A model generated the notes under the pieces. That model did not search any database and was not told the origin of the DNA. It worked only from the letters and a program-made list of their open reading frames with translations. Shown in pieces: positions 10,903-23,342 of a stretch of DNA of 64,000 nucleotides (its first letter is position 1; the number at the start of each line of letters is the position of its first letter). The position numbers and the translations under genes were made by a program. This DNA comes from Methanobrevibacter sp. (GTDB lineage: Archaea > Methanobacteriota > Methanobacteria > Methanobacteriales > Methanobacteriaceae): assembly GCF_030539665.1 (NCBI RefSeq), contig NZ_JAUNXR010000003.1, positions 58,326-122,325 of the forward strand, read 5' to 3'.

Positions 10903-11956
10903 CATTATTACATCTCCTTGAATAAATACTTGTTTCAAATCCTCTGTCATTTAACCATTGTCTAGTTTTCCCTTTAATGATTAAATTTGAGTTTTTAAGT
11001 TCTTCTATGTTCTTTGCACCTACTAAAAACATTGCAATTCTTAAAGACTCTTCAAATCTATCGATGAAATCAATCATATTGTCAATATCGGTTGAATATT
11101 TTAAAAACGGTAATGCCATACCAACAGCATCAGCACCTAACGCAATAGCTTTTGCTGCTTCAAGACCATTCCTGATGCCTCCAGATGATATAACAGGAAC
11201 ATCTACGCTAGAAACAATCTCAGCAGTGCTAACCGCTGTAGGAATTCCCCAATCCCAAAATAATTCTCCATAATATTTATCATCAGAACGATAAGTTTCA
11301 ACAGCAGCCCAGCTAGTTCCCCCAGCGCCTTCAACATCAATATAACTAACTCCTGCATCAACTAACTGTTTAGCGCATTCTGCAGAAATTCCACAACCTG
11401 TTTCCTTAACCATGACAGGAATGTCAATTGAATCAACAATCTTGGAAATTGAATCAATATAATTCCTAGCATCCAAATCCCCTTCGGGCTGTATGGATTC
11501 CTGCAATGGATTTAAATGAATTGCCAGAATATCAGCATCCAACATTTCAACTGCATCACTAGCCAAATCCAATTGTGGAGCTCCGATATTTCCTACAAGC
11601 AAACAATCGGGAGCGTTTTCACGAACAACAGTATACGTATCAGCAAGTTCGGGATGTTCAATAGCTGCCCTTTGACTTCCAACACCTAATGCAATGTTTT
11701 TTTCTTCAGCAACAATTGCCAATTTCTCATTAATAGTTTTGGAATATGGGTGTCCACCAGTAATTGCAGTTATGAATAAAGGAGAATCTAATTTCTTGCC
11801 AAATTTAGATGTTGATAAATCAATATTGTTCTTATTGACTTCAGGCAATGCTTTATGAATTAATTCAACATCCTCAAAACCTGTGGTCTTATCTTTAAAT
11901 TCAACATCGTAGTTTTCACAGATTAACAGATGTTCTAATTTTCTATCGGTAATCAT
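10895..11956 (-). CDS. fni: isopentenyl-diphosphate delta-isomerase, type 2 (FMN-dependent)
   Basis: TIM-barrel IDI-2 motifs ([23 protein letters not shown]) and mevalonate-cluster context. Confidence 0.9.
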   Translation of the reverse strand: MITDRKLEHLLICENYDVEFKDKTTGFEDVELIHKALPEVNKNNIDLSTSKFGKKLDSPLFITAITGGHPYSKTINEKLAIVAEEKNIALGVGSQRAAIEHPELADTYTVVRENAPDCLLVGNIGAPQLDLASDAVEMLDADILAIHLNPLQESIQPEGDLDARNYIDSISKIVDSIDIPVMVKETGCGISAECAKQLVDAGVSYIDVEGAGGTSWAAVETYRSDDKYYGELFWDWGIPTAVSTAEIVSSVDVPVISSGGIRNGLEAAKAIALGADAVGMALPFLKYSTDIDNMIDFIDRFEESLRIAMFLVGAKNIEELKNSNLIIKGKTRQWLNDRGFETSIYSRRCNNDR

Positions 11957-11960
11957 AATA

Positions 11961-12761
11961 TCACTTTTTAGTTGAAATTACGGTTTTCTTAACTTTATTG
12001 TTTTCTAAAGCATCGAAAATATTGTTTTCCAAATCAGCATTGATTATTTGTGATTCTATTCCCAAATCGGCCAAATCCAATAGCTCTTTAATTTTTCCAA
12101 CCATTCCGCCAGTGACGTCAACGTTGGTGGTTTGTTCAAAAGCGTCCAAATCATCTAAGGATGAAACCAATTCAATGAATTCCGCATCATCATGAAGCTT
12201 TGGATTTTTATTGTAAACCCCGTCTACGTCAGTTCCTAAAATAACAGTGTCAGGTTTTAAATTAACGGCTAAATATTGTATGATCTGATCTCCTGAGATT
12301 ACAGCCATCTCAAGCTCCTCATCAATTACAACATCCCCATATATTACCGGGACATATCCCTTTTCGATATATTGTTTGAATTTATCTAGATTCCCATCTG
12401 TTATTCTTTTATTGGTGGATGTCATGAAAGCTGATGCCGGAACTGCAATCACAGGAATATTTTCACCAATAAGTGCATCACAAATAAGCATGTTTAGCTT
12501 TTTAACTGCATTTTGTGTTTTTGAAAACCCTATTCTCTTTTCTGGATATTCATCAATTTCAAAAGGCTCTCCAATTTTATACTGTTTGGCTGGAGGATGT
12601 CCAAATGAACCTGCACCATGAACAATAACTAATTTACTGTTTGATGATTCAAGAGACTCTTTAATTTCATGAGCAATTCTCTTTAAATTATCATCGTCAA
12701 TTTCGCTTTCATCAGAGTCTTTTTTGGTTAAAATACTTCCTCCAAGTTTTAAAATTATCAT
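11961..12761 (-). CDS. isopentenyl phosphate kinase
   Basis: Amino-acid-kinase fold motifs ILKLGGS and VHGAGSFGH. Start trimmed to ATG 12761, just after the mvk stop. Confidence 0.88.
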   Translation of the reverse strand: MIILKLGGSILTKKDSDESEIDDDNLKRIAHEIKESLESSNSKLVIVHGAGSFGHPPAKQYKIGEPFEIDEYPEKRIGFSKTQNAVKKLNMLICDALIGENIPVIAVPASAFMTSTNKRITDGNLDKFKQYIEKGYVPVIYGDVVIDEELEMAVISGDQIIQYLAVNLKPDTVILGTDVDGVYNKNPKLHDDAEFIELVSSLDDLDAFEQTTNVDVTGGMVGKIKELLDLADLGIESQIINADLENNIFDALENNKVKKTVISTKK

Positions 12762-12765
12762 ATAA

Positions 12766-13728
12766 TCATTTCCTAACTCTTGAAGAAACACCTTTTTTTG
12801 TGAATCTAACTTTTAAAACATTATCATCCTTTGCAATACATTTAGCTACCTTATCAACCTTTCCAGGACACAATGCTATAATACTTCCTCCACCACCAGC
12901 ACCAGTAATCTTGGATCCTATAGCTCCACATTCACGAGCCCTATAAACCATTCTAGCTAGTTCATAAGTATTTACTCCCAACAAATCAAGGAACCCTTGA
13001 TTAAGATTCATCAATTCCCCCATCTTTTCATAGTCCTCATTTAAGATTGCCTGTTTTGCATAGTTTGTCAATTGACCCATTGAAGATAGGACTGTATTAA
13101 CTATTTTGGGATTTCTGTTTTTGAGAGCCCTTACATCCTTAACCATCTTGCCCGTATTTCCGTGCTTATTTGTATAACCTACAACCATTGGAGCTTTAAA
13201 ATTAACTTTAAATCTCTCAATCTTTTTATTTCTAGACAAATAAACAAGACCCCCATATGTTGAAACCATAGTGTCCAATGGACTTGCAATACCCTGAACT
13301 GCCTGCTCTACCATATGAGCATCATGTGCTAATGATTTTTTATTGAATCTGACATGGTGGTATCTGTATAGTGCTGCTAATGTAGCTACTGTAACAGCTG
13401 CAGAAGAACCTAAACCAGAACCTATTGGAATATCAGACGAAAGAATCATTTCAATAGGTGAGTGATCATGTACTCTGAACAATGATTCCAAAATATATCT
13501 AATTATTCCAGGTTTTCCTTTTTTTAATGTGTATTTTTTGTTTTCAGTATCTAACTCTGCTTCAAAATTTAAATCATAAGATTTTAAAACTGACTTATCA
13601 GTTTTAGAAGGCCTAATTTTCACTACTGCTCTTTTATTAACTGCACCTGCAATCGCCGGCTCATTATAAACCACCGAATGCTCACCAAATAATATTGTTT
13701 TAGCAGGAGCTGAAGCTATAGCTTGCAT
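12766..13728 (-). CDS. mvk: mevalonate kinase
   Basis: GHMP kinase motifs (APAKTILFGEH, PIGSGLGSSAA). Confidence 0.9.
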   Translation of the reverse strand: MQAIASAPAKTILFGEHSVVYNEPAIAGAVNKRAVVKIRPSKTDKSVLKSYDLNFEAELDTENKKYTLKKGKPGIIRYILESLFRVHDHSPIEMILSSDIPIGSGLGSSAAVTVATLAALYRYHHVRFNKKSLAHDAHMVEQAVQGIASPLDTMVSTYGGLVYLSRNKKIERFKVNFKAPMVVGYTNKHGNTGKMVKDVRALKNRNPKIVNTVLSSMGQLTNYAKQAILNEDYEKMGELMNLNQGFLDLLGVNTYELARMVYRARECGAIGSKITGAGGGGSIIALCPGKVDKVAKCIAKDDNVLKVRFTKKGVSSRVRK

Positions 13729-13738
13729 TTAAAACACC

Positions 13739-14590
13739 TTATTTAAATATAGCTGAAGCATAACCAACAACTTGGGAAAAATCCCCTGTAACATCCCCGC
13801 TTGTACCATAAGCAAGAATTTCACAATGTTCTTTCCCAGTTAACTTAGAAATAATGATATCACTCATAACAGGACCATAGCCGCACATTGTAATATTATA
13901 TTGAATTATTTCTTCCAATAACTTAAACTCATTCATTTCACCAATATCCTCTAAAACAAAACCATCAACCTTATTTGCTCTTTCTTGAGTATTAAAATGA
14001 GACAGATCAGTGCTTGCAATAACACAGTAGGACTTGCCCAGTTTTTCAGCTGCGCTGACAATGGCTGTTGCAAGATCTGAAGCTGTAACAAGAGTTTGAG
14101 TGCCCATGGTTATTGGGACTATCTTAAAATCATTAGAAAAAAATTGTAAAAATGGGAGCTGAACCTCTATGGAATGCTCCCTAACATGTGCTTCAAAGTC
14201 TGCAGATGCAATATCTGAAAAAGAGATAATAGTATCTGCAAATTCTTTGTCAACACTTACGTTTCCAAGAGGAGTATTCCATTCTCCTTCATTGAAAACA
14301 GAAATCTCCCTACCAAATCCAGTATGGTTTGGGGACAATATAATAAAAACATCAGGAATGCCATGCTTAGCTATTTCATAATAGCCATATGAAGCAATAG
14401 GGCCTGAATAAATGAATCCTGCATGTGGAACCATGACATTAATCGGATAGTTATCACCTTCAAATTTTTCAACATTCTCAGGCAACTTACCCACTCCAAA
14501 AGGAGATAAAAAACAATCCTCAATGGATTGCTTAAGCTCATCCTCATCATCGGAGTAAAATGTTCCACTAACAGCAGGTTTTCTTATCAT
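13739..14590 (-). CDS. Memo-like protein (AmmeMemoRadiSam system protein B family)
   Basis: N-terminal RKPAVSGTFY, HAGFIYSG and downstream His motifs typical of MEMO1/DUF52. Confidence 0.82.
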   Translation of the reverse strand: MIRKPAVSGTFYSDDEDELKQSIEDCFLSPFGVGKLPENVEKFEGDNYPINVMVPHAGFIYSGPIASYGYYEIAKHGIPDVFIILSPNHTGFGREISVFNEGEWNTPLGNVSVDKEFADTIISFSDIASADFEAHVREHSIEVQLPFLQFFSNDFKIVPITMGTQTLVTASDLATAIVSAAEKLGKSYCVIASTDLSHFNTQERANKVDGFVLEDIGEMNEFKLLEEIIQYNITMCGYGPVMSDIIISKLTGKEHCEILAYGTSGDVTGDFSQVVGYASAIFK

Positions 14591-14598
14591 AATATCAT

Positions 14599-15201
14599 TT
14601 AGAATTTTAATTCAAAGTCAGATGCTTCGACGTCTAAATCTCCATCTTCAGGAATAGTTCCTCTTTCTCTTAAAATTTGTCTTGCAAGTAACCAGTAAAC
14701 TAAAGCAATAGCTTTTCTACCTTTGTTGTTTACAGGAATAGCAATGTCAACAAAGCTTAATAAGTTTTCAGTATCACATAAAGCAATAACAGGAATTCCA
14801 TTTTGTTTAGATTCTAGAATAGCTTGTGCATCAGATCTTGGGTCAGTTACAACAATGATTTTTGGTTCGATGAACTTGTTGTAAGTTGGGTTGGTCAAAG
14901 TTCCAGGAATGAATCTACCAGGAATGGTTTTAGCACCGGTGATTTCTCCGAATTTTTTAACAGGAGCTTGACCGTATTGTCTGGTAGCAACTACTAAAAT
15001 GTCATCAGGATCATATTTTGCTAAAAGTTTTGCGATTTGTCTGATTCTTTCATCTGTTTTTTGAATGTCTAAAACATATAAACCGTCTGATCTTACTCTG
15101 AATATGTATTTTTCCATATCGCTTGTTTTTTGTTGGGTTCCGATATGTAAACCTGCTGCTAAATAATTATCTAAATCAATTAAAAGTTCGTTATTTGCCA
15201 T
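14599..15201 (-). CDS. rps2: 30S ribosomal protein S2 (uS2)
   Basis: [11 protein letters not shown] motif, length and context. Confidence 0.95.
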   Translation of the reverse strand: MANNELLIDLDNYLAAGLHIGTQQKTSDMEKYIFRVRSDGLYVLDIQKTDERIRQIAKLLAKYDPDDILVVATRQYGQAPVKKFGEITGAKTIPGRFIPGTLTNPTYNKFIEPKIIVVTDPRSDAQAILESKQNGIPVIALCDTENLLSFVDIAIPVNNKGRKAIALVYWLLARQILRERGTIPEDGDLDVEASDFELKF

Positions 15202-15231
15202 TTATATCACCATTATAATTTTATTTTAAAT

Positions 15232-15423
15232 TTAATCGTCTTCTACATTTACACACTCTTCAGGACAAACATCCATACAAACTTCACATAAGCTGCAGTC
15301 TTCAGGATTTTGAACAACAATTTTGTCCCCTTCAAGCACTAATACTTCCATAGGGCAAACGTCAGCACATTCAGCGCAGTCTGCTCCTTCACATTTACTT
15401 TGATCAACAGTAACTTTAGCCAT
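15232..15423 (-). CDS. small 2x[4Fe-4S]-type ferredoxin
   Basis: 63 aa with CEGADCAECADVCP and CSLCEVCMDVCP. Confidence 0.8.
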   Translation of the reverse strand: MAKVTVDQSKCEGADCAECADVCPMEVLVLEGDKIVVQNPEDCSLCEVCMDVCPEECVNVEDD

Positions 15424-15439
15424 TTTAATCTCTCCCTAA

Positions 15440-16684
15440 TTAAAATTTACCCATTTCAGGATTTGGAAGTTCTTCTTCAATACGTATAAGTTCATTTAAT
15501 TTAGCTATTCTTTCTCCACCAATAGCACCGGTTTTAATCATTGGTGAACCTAAACCTACTGCCAAGTGTGCAATGGTATCATCAGTGGTTTCACCAGATC
15601 TGTGAGATACAACAGGAACTACATTGTTTTCCTTAGCCAATTTAACTGTTGCATAAGTTTCAGATAAAGAACCGATTTGGTTAGGTTTAATGATGATTGC
15701 ATTAGCTGCATTCATTTCAATACCTTTAGCCAACAATTCTTTGTTGGTTACGAATAAATCATCACCACAAATTAAACATTTATCTCCAACTTTTGCGGTT
15801 AATTGTGCAAATCCATCGAAATCGGATTCATCGAAAGGATCTTCAACGTAAAACATGTTATAAGTTTCAATAATGTCTTTAACAAATTCTATCTGATCTC
15901 CAGTATCTCTTTCAACACCGTCTTGAGCATAGACATATTTGCCTTTCTCTGCATCCCATAATTCAGAGGAAGCCATGTCTAAAGCAGGCCTGATTTCAAT
16001 ACCTAATTCATCACCGACTTCTTCACATGCCTGAGCTTGAATTTCCAAAGCAGCATCATTGGTAATGTTAGGCACCCATCCACCTTCGTCTCCTTTTCCA
16101 CCGGTGAAGTTAGAGTCTTTGGTTTGGATTAATTCTTTTAGCTTTTTATGAATAGCTGCATTAGCAAATACAGCTTCAACCATATTTTTTGCTCCAATAG
16201 GAACAACCAAGAATTCTTGAATATCAGGAGCATTAATACCTGCATGTGCTCCACCATTCATCATGTTTCCAAGAGGGAATGGCAATTCGTTTACGAAGTT
16301 TCCGCCGACATACTTGTATAATGGTAAACCGTAAGAAGCAGCAGCAGCTTTTGCAGCAGCCATTGAAACAGCCACAGTAGTATTTCCACCAATAGCTGAA
16401 AGGTTTTCAGTACCGTCCACTTCTTTCAATAATTCGTCAATAGTTACAAGATCTTCTGCATCCATTCCAATAAGTTCTGATGCAATAACATCTTCAACTT
16501 CACTTATGATTAAATCTACTCCGCCTTCAGGGAAAGATACCACTTCTCTTGAACCAGTACTTGCCCCACTAGGTGCAGCAGCTCTACCGAAACCGCCCCA
16601 AGTAATTACGTCTACTTCGACGGTCGGATTTCCTCTACTGTCCAAAATCTTACGAACTTGAACGTCCTCTATTATACTATCCAA
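15440..16684 (-). CDS. eno: enolase
   Basis: [14 protein letters not shown] and SHRSGETTD motifs. Start proposed at TTG 16684 ([12 protein letters not shown]), preceded by GAGGTG. The ORF-track ATG 16738 adds an 18-aa non-conserved extension. Confidence 0.93.
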   Translation of the reverse strand: MDSIIEDVQVRKILDSRGNPTVEVDVITWGGFGRAAAPSGASTGSREVVSFPEGGVDLIISEVEDVIASELIGMDAEDLVTIDELLKEVDGTENLSAIGGNTTVAVSMAAAKAAAASYGLPLYKYVGGNFVNELPFPLGNMMNGGAHAGINAPDIQEFLVVPIGAKNMVEAVFANAAIHKKLKELIQTKDSNFTGGKGDEGGWVPNITNDAALEIQAQACEEVGDELGIEIRPALDMASSELWDAEKGKYVYAQDGVERDTGDQIEFVKDIIETYNMFYVEDPFDESDFDGFAQLTAKVGDKCLICGDDLFVTNKELLAKGIEMNAANAIIIKPNQIGSLSETYATVKLAKENNVVPVVSHRSGETTDDTIAHLAVGLGSPMIKTGAIGGERIAKLNELIRIEEELPNPEMGKF

Positions 16685-16829
16685 AAAAAACACCTCTGTG
16701 TTAGTTAATTTATTACCATCTAACCTATATTTAAACAAAAAATTAGTAATTCTCTTTATAGATTCAAAAATGGTATTTTTTATTTTTTTTAATTAATAAA
16801 TGAGAATAAATAAAATAGAAAAATTCTAT

Positions 16830-17015
16830 TTATTCCATTCTAATTACATCTAATGGTAACTTATCTTCTTTAAGTTCAGCATATGCAATATCAATAGGAT
16901 CTAAAGAATCTAATTTTTTAGTATCGACTAAAGGTTTAGCTCCCATAGAAATTTGTATTGCTCTTGCTCCAAGAAGTCTAGCTTTTTCAAATCTTGTTAA
17001 ATTTTTTGTTGTCAT
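16830..17015 (-). CDS. rpoK: DNA-directed RNA polymerase subunit K (Rpo6)
   Basis: [18 protein letters not shown] motif, 61 aa. Confidence 0.9.
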   Translation of the reverse strand: MTTKNLTRFEKARLLGARAIQISMGAKPLVDTKKLDSLDPIDIAYAELKEDKLPLDVIRME

Positions 17016-17096
17016 AAATTTTACTCCAATTCTTTAGGCATGCGTTACCAAGATTAATTTTACAAATAAAAAATTATCCCTACAACTTGCATAACA

Positions 17097-17267
17097 TTAT
17101 TCCCATGTTTCCACATGAGAAATTAACATTCTTCTACAACAGTATCTATTTAAACCTAAATCATCGAGAATATCTTTTGATTTTTCACCAGCCTCGATTC
17201 TACGATTGTATTCATCGAAGTAAGCTGATACAGGTTTTCCGCAACTTAAGCATCTTATAGGAATCAT
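17097..17267 (-). CDS. rpoN: DNA-directed RNA polymerase subunit N (Rpo10)
   Basis: Hand-translated 56-aa [59 protein letters not shown]. Below the ORF-track cutoff, but with the classic Rpo10 zinc motif and position between rps9 and rpoK. Confidence 0.9.
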   Translation of the reverse strand: MIPIRCLSCGKPVSAYFDEYNRRIEAGEKSKDILDDLGLNRYCCRRMLISHVETWE

Positions 17268-17314
17268 TTATATCATCTTTTAATAAATTTAAACTAATTT
17301 TAAAAGGTACAGGT

Positions 17315-17716
17315 TTACCTGTAACTTTTTTGTTTACGTGCTCTTGCTCCAGGACCACCGTATTTTTTAGGTTCGGAACGTCTTGGATCTCCTACTAACA
17401 TGGTTCTGTCGTAGTGGATGAATTTATCTTTTAAATCCATATCTTGAGACCATTTGACAAGTCCTTTTGCAATAACCATACGTGCAGCTTCAGCTTGACC
17501 CATTACTCCACCACCAATAACATGAATGTCGAAATCGACTTCATTTGCAAGGTCTCCTGCAATGGTTAATGGTTCTTGGAGTTTCAAACGTGCAAGTTCA
17601 GGTGAGTAAAGTTCTAAAGGAACCCTGTTAATTCTAACTTTACCAGTTCCTTCTTTAACAGTACCTCTTGCAATAGCTGTTTTACGTTTTCCACTGGTAT
17701 GTTCTACTTTTACCAT
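17315..17716 (-). CDS. rps9: 30S ribosomal protein S9 (uS9)
   Basis: GKRKTAIAR motif and C-terminal KQKSYR. Confidence 0.95.
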   Translation of the reverse strand: MVKVEHTSGKRKTAIARGTVKEGTGKVRINRVPLELYSPELARLKLQEPLTIAGDLANEVDFDIHVIGGGVMGQAEAARMVIAKGLVKWSQDMDLKDKFIHYDRTMLVGDPRRSEPKKYGGPGARARKQKSYR

Positions 17717-17734
17717 AATTACACATCCGTTAAT

Positions 17735-18157
17735 CTAGAAATTAGCTCCTAAAAGTTTAGAAACTTCTCCTAATTCAATACCTTTTTTAAGGTCTCTTAA
17801 TTCTGCTTCAGGAACATTTACAATTTCAGCATCTGCATATTCAGCAGGTACACCAACAAAAGCTTTTAATCCTTTGTAAGCGGTACGGCCTTTTGACTTT
17901 TTGAATGGTAACATTCCTCTTACAGTTCTTCTGAATATATCATCTGGTCTTCTAGGATATTTAGGACCTAAGTCACGAGGGTTAGAGATACTTGCTCTAT
18001 CTACTCTTTGTTTGTATTTTGCATAAGCCCAATCTTTGTTACCAGTAATCATGATTTTTTCAGCATTGAGAACTACTACTTCTTCGCCGTTAAGAAGACT
18101 TTTACTAATTACACTAGCTAATCTTCCTAATACATGTCCTTCTCCATCTATAATCAT
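17735..18157 (-). CDS. rpl13: 50S ribosomal protein L13 (uL13)
   Basis: [14 protein letters not shown]-terminus. Second ATG chosen; the ORF-track start 18169 adds MCVL. Confidence 0.93.
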   Translation of the reverse strand: MIIDGEGHVLGRLASVISKSLLNGEEVVVLNAEKIMITGNKDWAYAKYKQRVDRASISNPRDLGPKYPRRPDDIFRRTVRGMLPFKKSKGRTAYKGLKAFVGVPAEYADAEIVNVPEAELRDLKKGIELGEVSKLLGANF

Positions 18158-18177
18158 TAAAACACACATCCTTTAGA

Positions 18178-18543
18178 TTATCCCATAATTATAATGTTGC
18201 TTCCTTTAGGATTAGTTTCCATAATTTCTTCAATAGAGATACATTCTCCACCAGCATTTTCAATTTTTTCTTGAGCTTTAGCTGAAAATTTAAATGCAAC
18301 AACATTTACGTTTTTATCTAAATCCCCGTTAGACAATACTTTACCAGGAATTAAAACAGTATCATCAGCACTTGCAAATCTTGCAATATCTGAAAGGTTA
18401 ACTTCAGCTGTTTGTCTATTAGCTCTTGAAAGTCTTTTAGCAACATCTTTCCAAATAGCTGCATTTTCACTATTAGATTTTTCATAAAGTTTATTAATAA
18501 GTTCAATAAGGTTAGGATTTGTTTTTGTTAATTTCTTAACCAT
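18178..18543 (-). CDS. rpl18e: 50S ribosomal protein L18e (eL18)
   Basis: TNPNLIELI motif, size and position between rpoD and rpl13. Confidence 0.9.
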   Translation of the reverse strand: MVKKLTKTNPNLIELINKLYEKSNSENAAIWKDVAKRLSRANRQTAEVNLSDIARFASADDTVLIPGKVLSNGDLDKNVNVVAFKFSAKAQEKIENAGGECISIEEIMETNPKGSNIIIMG

Positions 18544-18546
18544 TAT

Positions 18547-19350
<804 letters not shown>

Positions 19351-19369
19351 TTGTTAAACCTCTTTAAAA

Positions 19370-19762
19370 TTATACTCTTCTTCCTCTTTTACCACCAGGT
19401 CTTCCGGTACCGTCGTGAGGAATAGGTGTGATATCTTCAATCTTACCTATTTTAATACCAGCTCTTGCTAAAGCACGAATAGTTGCTTGTGCACCAGGTC
19501 CAGGACTTCTAGGTCCGTTTCCACCAGGAGCTCTTACTTTAATATGTAATCCAACAAATCCTTTTTCTTTAGCATCATCAGCAATCCTATTAGCAGCAGC
19601 CATAGCAGCAAACGGTGAAGCTTGTTGTCTGTCTGCACGAACTACTTTTCCACCAGACCATTGTGAAATAGTTTCAGCACCAGTAATATCAGTTACGGTA
19701 ATAATAGTGTTGTTAAATGATGAGTAAATATTAGCTATACCCCATTTTTCGTTTTTTGCCAT
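19370..19762 (-). CDS. rps11: 30S ribosomal protein S11 (uS11)
   Basis: [18 protein letters not shown] motif. Confidence 0.95.
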   Translation of the reverse strand: MAKNEKWGIANIYSSFNNTIITVTDITGAETISQWSGGKVVRADRQQASPFAAMAAANRIADDAKEKGFVGLHIKVRAPGGNGPRSPGPGAQATIRALARAGIKIGKIEDITPIPHDGTGRPGGKRGRRV

Positions 19763-19773
19763 AATTACACCCT

Positions 19774-20319
19774 CTATTCTGCATTTTCTTCAACGTTAGC
19801 TTTGTTTCTGTTGTTATTGTACTCTTCAATTTGTTTAGCAACAGGTGAAGATTTGTAAAAGCCAATGTCGTCTTCTTGACCTTTTAATACTACATAACTT
19901 GGAGAGTTGATTTTCTTACCATTTAAAGTTATGTGACCATGTACAACAAACATTCTTGCTTCTTTAGGAGTACGAGCTAAACCTTTTTTGTATACAACAG
20001 TTTGTAATCTTCTTCTTAAGATGTCTTCAACTGTTAAGTTTAAAATATCTTCAAGAGCAGCTCCTTCTGGCAAAACACCAGTTCTAGCCAAATGTCCTAA
20101 TAATTCTAATTTTTCTTCTTGCATTTGATCTTTTGAGAAACCAAGTAAGTATCTTGCTTCCCTACTGTATCTTCTAACTAAAGTATCAGCTTTCCAAATT
20201 TCTTTTTTATTTTTTAAGCCGTATTTAGTCATTAATTTGTTTTCTTCTTTGATTCTTTCTGCATTCCAAGGATGTGGTGGTGTATTATACTTTTTCCTTG
20301 CTTTTCTAGGTTGTCCCAT
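19774..20319 (-). CDS. rps4: 30S ribosomal protein S4 (uS4)
   Basis: [18 protein letters not shown]-terminus and an S4 RNA-binding domain. Confidence 0.95.
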   Translation of the reverse strand: MGQPRKARKKYNTPPHPWNAERIKEENKLMTKYGLKNKKEIWKADTLVRRYSREARYLLGFSKDQMQEEKLELLGHLARTGVLPEGAALEDILNLTVEDILRRRLQTVVYKKGLARTPKEARMFVVHGHITLNGKKINSPSYVVLKGQEDDIGFYKSSPVAKQIEEYNNNRNKANVEENAE

Positions 20320-20374
20320 TGAAACATCTCCTTCAATATAAATATAAAATATTAAAAATATTCAAAAAATAAGT

Positions 20375-20821
20375 TTATCTAGAACGACTTACACCAACGG
20401 TAGAACTGTGTCTGAAAGTTGATTTGGTTCTTTGACCTCTAACAGGTAAACCACGTTCATGTCTTCTACCTTTGTAACTTCTGGTCTTTTTCATTCTGTT
20501 TAAATCATCTCTTAAAGTCATGTCAAGATCAGATTCGATTAAGTGAATGTTGTCACCAGTTTCATAATCTTCTCTACGATTTAACATCCAATCAGGAATA
20601 TCAAATTTTTGAGGATCTTCTAAAATTTCTTCGATTTTTAATACATCTTCATCGGAAATATAACCCATTTGACTTTTTAAATCTAAATCTAAAGTAAGAC
20701 AAATAGTTTTGGATAAAGACATACCGACACCTTTAATCTCGGTTAAAGCTTGTTCAATGGTTTTATTTCCATCTACATCCTTTCTAGAAATACGCACTAA
20801 ATGCTTGAATTCGTCTTCCAT
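20375..20821 (-). CDS. rps13: 30S ribosomal protein S13 (uS13)
   Basis: FKHLVRI..DGNK N-terminus and basic C-terminus. Confidence 0.95.
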   Translation of the reverse strand: MEDEFKHLVRISRKDVDGNKTIEQALTEIKGVGMSLSKTICLTLDLDLKSQMGYISDEDVLKIEEILEDPQKFDIPDWMLNRREDYETGDNIHLIESDLDMTLRDDLNRMKKTRSYKGRRHERGLPVRGQRTKSTFRHSSTVGVSRSR

Positions 20822-21006
20822 TAAATAACCTCCATTTATAGAGCGAACCTACGAGACGTAAAATATAGATTCGAATGTTTTATTTTATAAAACACAGTTT
20901 TTTCAACAATATAAACTTAGTAAAAAAAACTAAGAGTGCAAAATATCAGTTTAACAATTAGTTTATAATACAGAAATTATAAAAAAATACGTTAAAAACT
21001 AATAAA

Positions 21007-21091
<85 letters not shown>

Positions 21092-21205
21092 ATGAATTAC
21101 TTAAAGCCTAAGTAACGTCAAAAAGAAGATACTTTGCCTTCATATTAATCCATATTAATATGATAATATAATATTTTCTCGTTAAACTATTTAAATGTAT
21201 TGGTA

Positions 21206-22171
21206 TTATTTCCATAATCTTGGATAAATACCAGGTTTCATGAAAACCTTGGAAGTTTTGACAACAAAACCTGAGTCTGCTGACAATATTTCATCAGTGG
21301 TAAACAATGCGGTTCCTGCAGCTACAAGTTCACCTTTTAAAGTTTCGATAGCTACAAAATCATTGATTTGAATATTATCAGATAGCTTTGAAATTCCTCC
21401 GCTTGCCAAATCTGCACCGTGACAAATCGCATCCACAGCAGAATCTTTTATGATGACTTTCGGCAAATAGTCTGCAGCCCTCTCCATTGGCAAGAGAGCT
21501 TCTCTCAAAAAGCTTTCGTCACCATCCTCCTTCCAGAAGTGATATGCATCAGTCACATCCTGAAGAGTAACCAAATGATTTTTTTCATTGAAAGAACCTA
21601 CCTGAGTTCTTCTGAGTTCCGCCATATGGGCACCAACGCCTAAAGCTTCCCCAATATTGTGACAATATGTCCTGACATAAGTTCCAGCTTCACAACCTAT
21701 CCTAAAAAGAACATCCCTTCCATCAATTTCATAAATGGTAGCATAATAGATTGTACGGGTTCTCAATTCCCTTTTGACAGCTGATTTAACAGGAGGCAAT
21801 TGGTAAATCTTACCTGTAAACTCTTCGAAAACTTCCCTGATTCTATCTTCACTTACTTCACTATGCAATCTCATTAAGCAAACATACTCCTTTGGAGCAG
21901 TTAACAAAAGTTGAATGGCCCTAGTTGCATCATCAATACCTATTGGAAGTACACCAGTAACCTTAGGATCCAATGTTCCCCCATGTCCTGACTTCTGACA
22001 GTGCAAAATTCTTTTAACCCATGCATCTATTTCATGAGAAGTCGGACCTGATGGCTTATCCAGATTAATAACACTTTTTGAGATATAATCCTCGATAGGT
22101 CTTTCTTCAGGTTTGCATCCAAAATCAGGACTTGTAAAACTATTAGATTTAACAACTAAGTTAGATTTCAT
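21206..22171 (-). CDS. cbf5: tRNA/rRNA pseudouridine synthase Cbf5 (H/ACA RNP catalytic subunit)
   Basis: TruB catalytic motif GHGGTLDP and a C-terminal PUA domain. ATG 22171 is preceded by GTGAT; the ORF-track start GTG 22180 lies in the SD. Confidence 0.9.
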   Translation of the reverse strand: MKSNLVVKSNSFTSPDFGCKPEERPIEDYISKSVINLDKPSGPTSHEIDAWVKRILHCQKSGHGGTLDPKVTGVLPIGIDDATRAIQLLLTAPKEYVCLMRLHSEVSEDRIREVFEEFTGKIYQLPPVKSAVKRELRTRTIYYATIYEIDGRDVLFRIGCEAGTYVRTYCHNIGEALGVGAHMAELRRTQVGSFNEKNHLVTLQDVTDAYHFWKEDGDESFLREALLPMERAADYLPKVIIKDSAVDAICHGADLASGGISKLSDNIQINDFVAIETLKGELVAAGTALFTTDEILSADSGFVVKTSKVFMKPGIYPRLWK

Positions 22172-22231
22172 TAAAATCACAGAAAAATTAAATTAAAAAA
22201 TAGTAAAAGTTGAATAATAAAAATTATTCAA

Positions 22232-22453
22232 TTATAAGTCAGCTAAAGCAGCTTTGATTGCGTCAATATCGCCAGAAACATCAATGGTTTCAGCAGTTGG
22301 TTCTAAATGGTTGATATTGCATCTTCTGTTTTTTACAGCTTCACCAACAACTTCAACAAAATTTTCATCAATAATTTCTACAATTGCACATTTTTCTCCT
22401 GCTTCTCTTCCAGCAGTTTTAACACATACTCTTCCTACTTCGATTGATGCCAT
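22232..22453 (-). CDS. rpl14e: 50S ribosomal protein L14e (eL14)
   Basis: 73-aa KOW-like protein (IEVGRVCVKTAGREAG) in the conserved position. Confidence 0.88.
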   Translation of the reverse strand: MASIEVGRVCVKTAGREAGEKCAIVEIIDENFVEVVGEAVKNRRCNINHLEPTAETIDVSGDIDAIKAALADL

Positions 22454-22454
22454 T

Positions 22455-22973
22455 TTAAATCACCTTTAATGTATTTATAATTATATCAGCTATCTGTTCA
22501 GGCAAAAAGGTTCCTGAATTAATAACTAAATCATATATATCCATGCTTGATATATCAATATCATGAATTTCTTTATATCTTACAGCTTCGCTTTCTTCTC
22601 GTATTATGATTTCTTCTTTAGCTAAATCAACAGTTTTGTCTTCTCTTTCTGCAATTCTGGCAGCACGAACATCAAATGGTGTTATTAACCATAGTTTCAA
22701 GTCAGCCTCTACGAAATATGCGGAGAGCCTTCCTTCAATAATTAAGTTATCTGAAGATTCAGCAAGCTCAGCCTGTCTTTTGTCAATTTCAATATCGATG
22801 CTAGTATCATTTTCAGCAAGTTCACCGAATTCTAAAACAGACATTCCTCTTTCTTTAGCCATCTGACGGAAAATTGATCCTGTAGACAAATAAGGAATAT
22901 CCAATTTTTCTGATAATACTTTAGCCGCTGTAGTTGTTCCAGTTCCAGCAAGCCCACCGATAGTTATAATCAT
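22455..22973 (-). CDS. cmk: cytidylate kinase (archaeal type)
   Basis: P-loop [10 protein letters not shown]. Conserved position between rpl34e and rpl14e. Confidence 0.85.
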   Translation of the reverse strand: MIITIGGLAGTGTTTAAKVLSEKLDIPYLSTGSIFRQMAKERGMSVLEFGELAENDTSIDIEIDKRQAELAESSDNLIIEGRLSAYFVEADLKLWLITPFDVRAARIAEREDKTVDLAKEEIIIREESEAVRYKEIHDIDISSMDIYDLVINSGTFLPEQIADIIINTLKVI

Positions 22974-23239
22974 AATTGTCTAGCCTCGTTTTTGAATACT
23001 TTACGTGCGCATTTGGAACATAAGTATCCACCATAAGGACGGTTAGGTCTTTTTTGGGTTTTTGACAATTTTCTGATTTCATAAGGACGTCCACGAGGAA
23101 CTCCATGTAAAACTTGACCACATTCAGCACATACATGCTTAGATGGTTTTTTCTTTTTGTATCTTAAAACATTCCTTCCACCAGGAGTGTTTTTGTGAAC
23201 TCTTTTGTATGATCTTGATCTATATCTCATTGCAGGCAT
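22970..23239 (-). CDS. rpl34e: 50S ribosomal protein L34e (eL34)
   Basis: [12 protein letters not shown]-terminus and CxxC...CxxC zinc ribbon. 4-nt overlap with cmk. Confidence 0.92.
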   Translation of the reverse strand: MPAMRYRSRSYKRVHKNTPGGRNVLRYKKKKPSKHVCAECGQVLHGVPRGRPYEIRKLSKTQKRPNRPYGGYLCSKCARKVFKNEARQL

Positions 23240-23342
23240 TTAATCACCTATAATATAATTAATAATTTAAATGTGTAATAGCGAATTCAAAATAGAATAA
23301 TATACTATATTGAATTCATTATTAATAAATTTTATTAGGATT

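Noticed and set aside
22921-23136. Same-strand, out-of-frame ORFs overlapping real genes: 22921-23136, 34504-34716, 51148-51351, 14371-14568 and 48-236.
   Set aside because: They overlap strongly conserved ribosomal or other genes in another frame. Their composition is implausible, and I see no evidence for overprinting.
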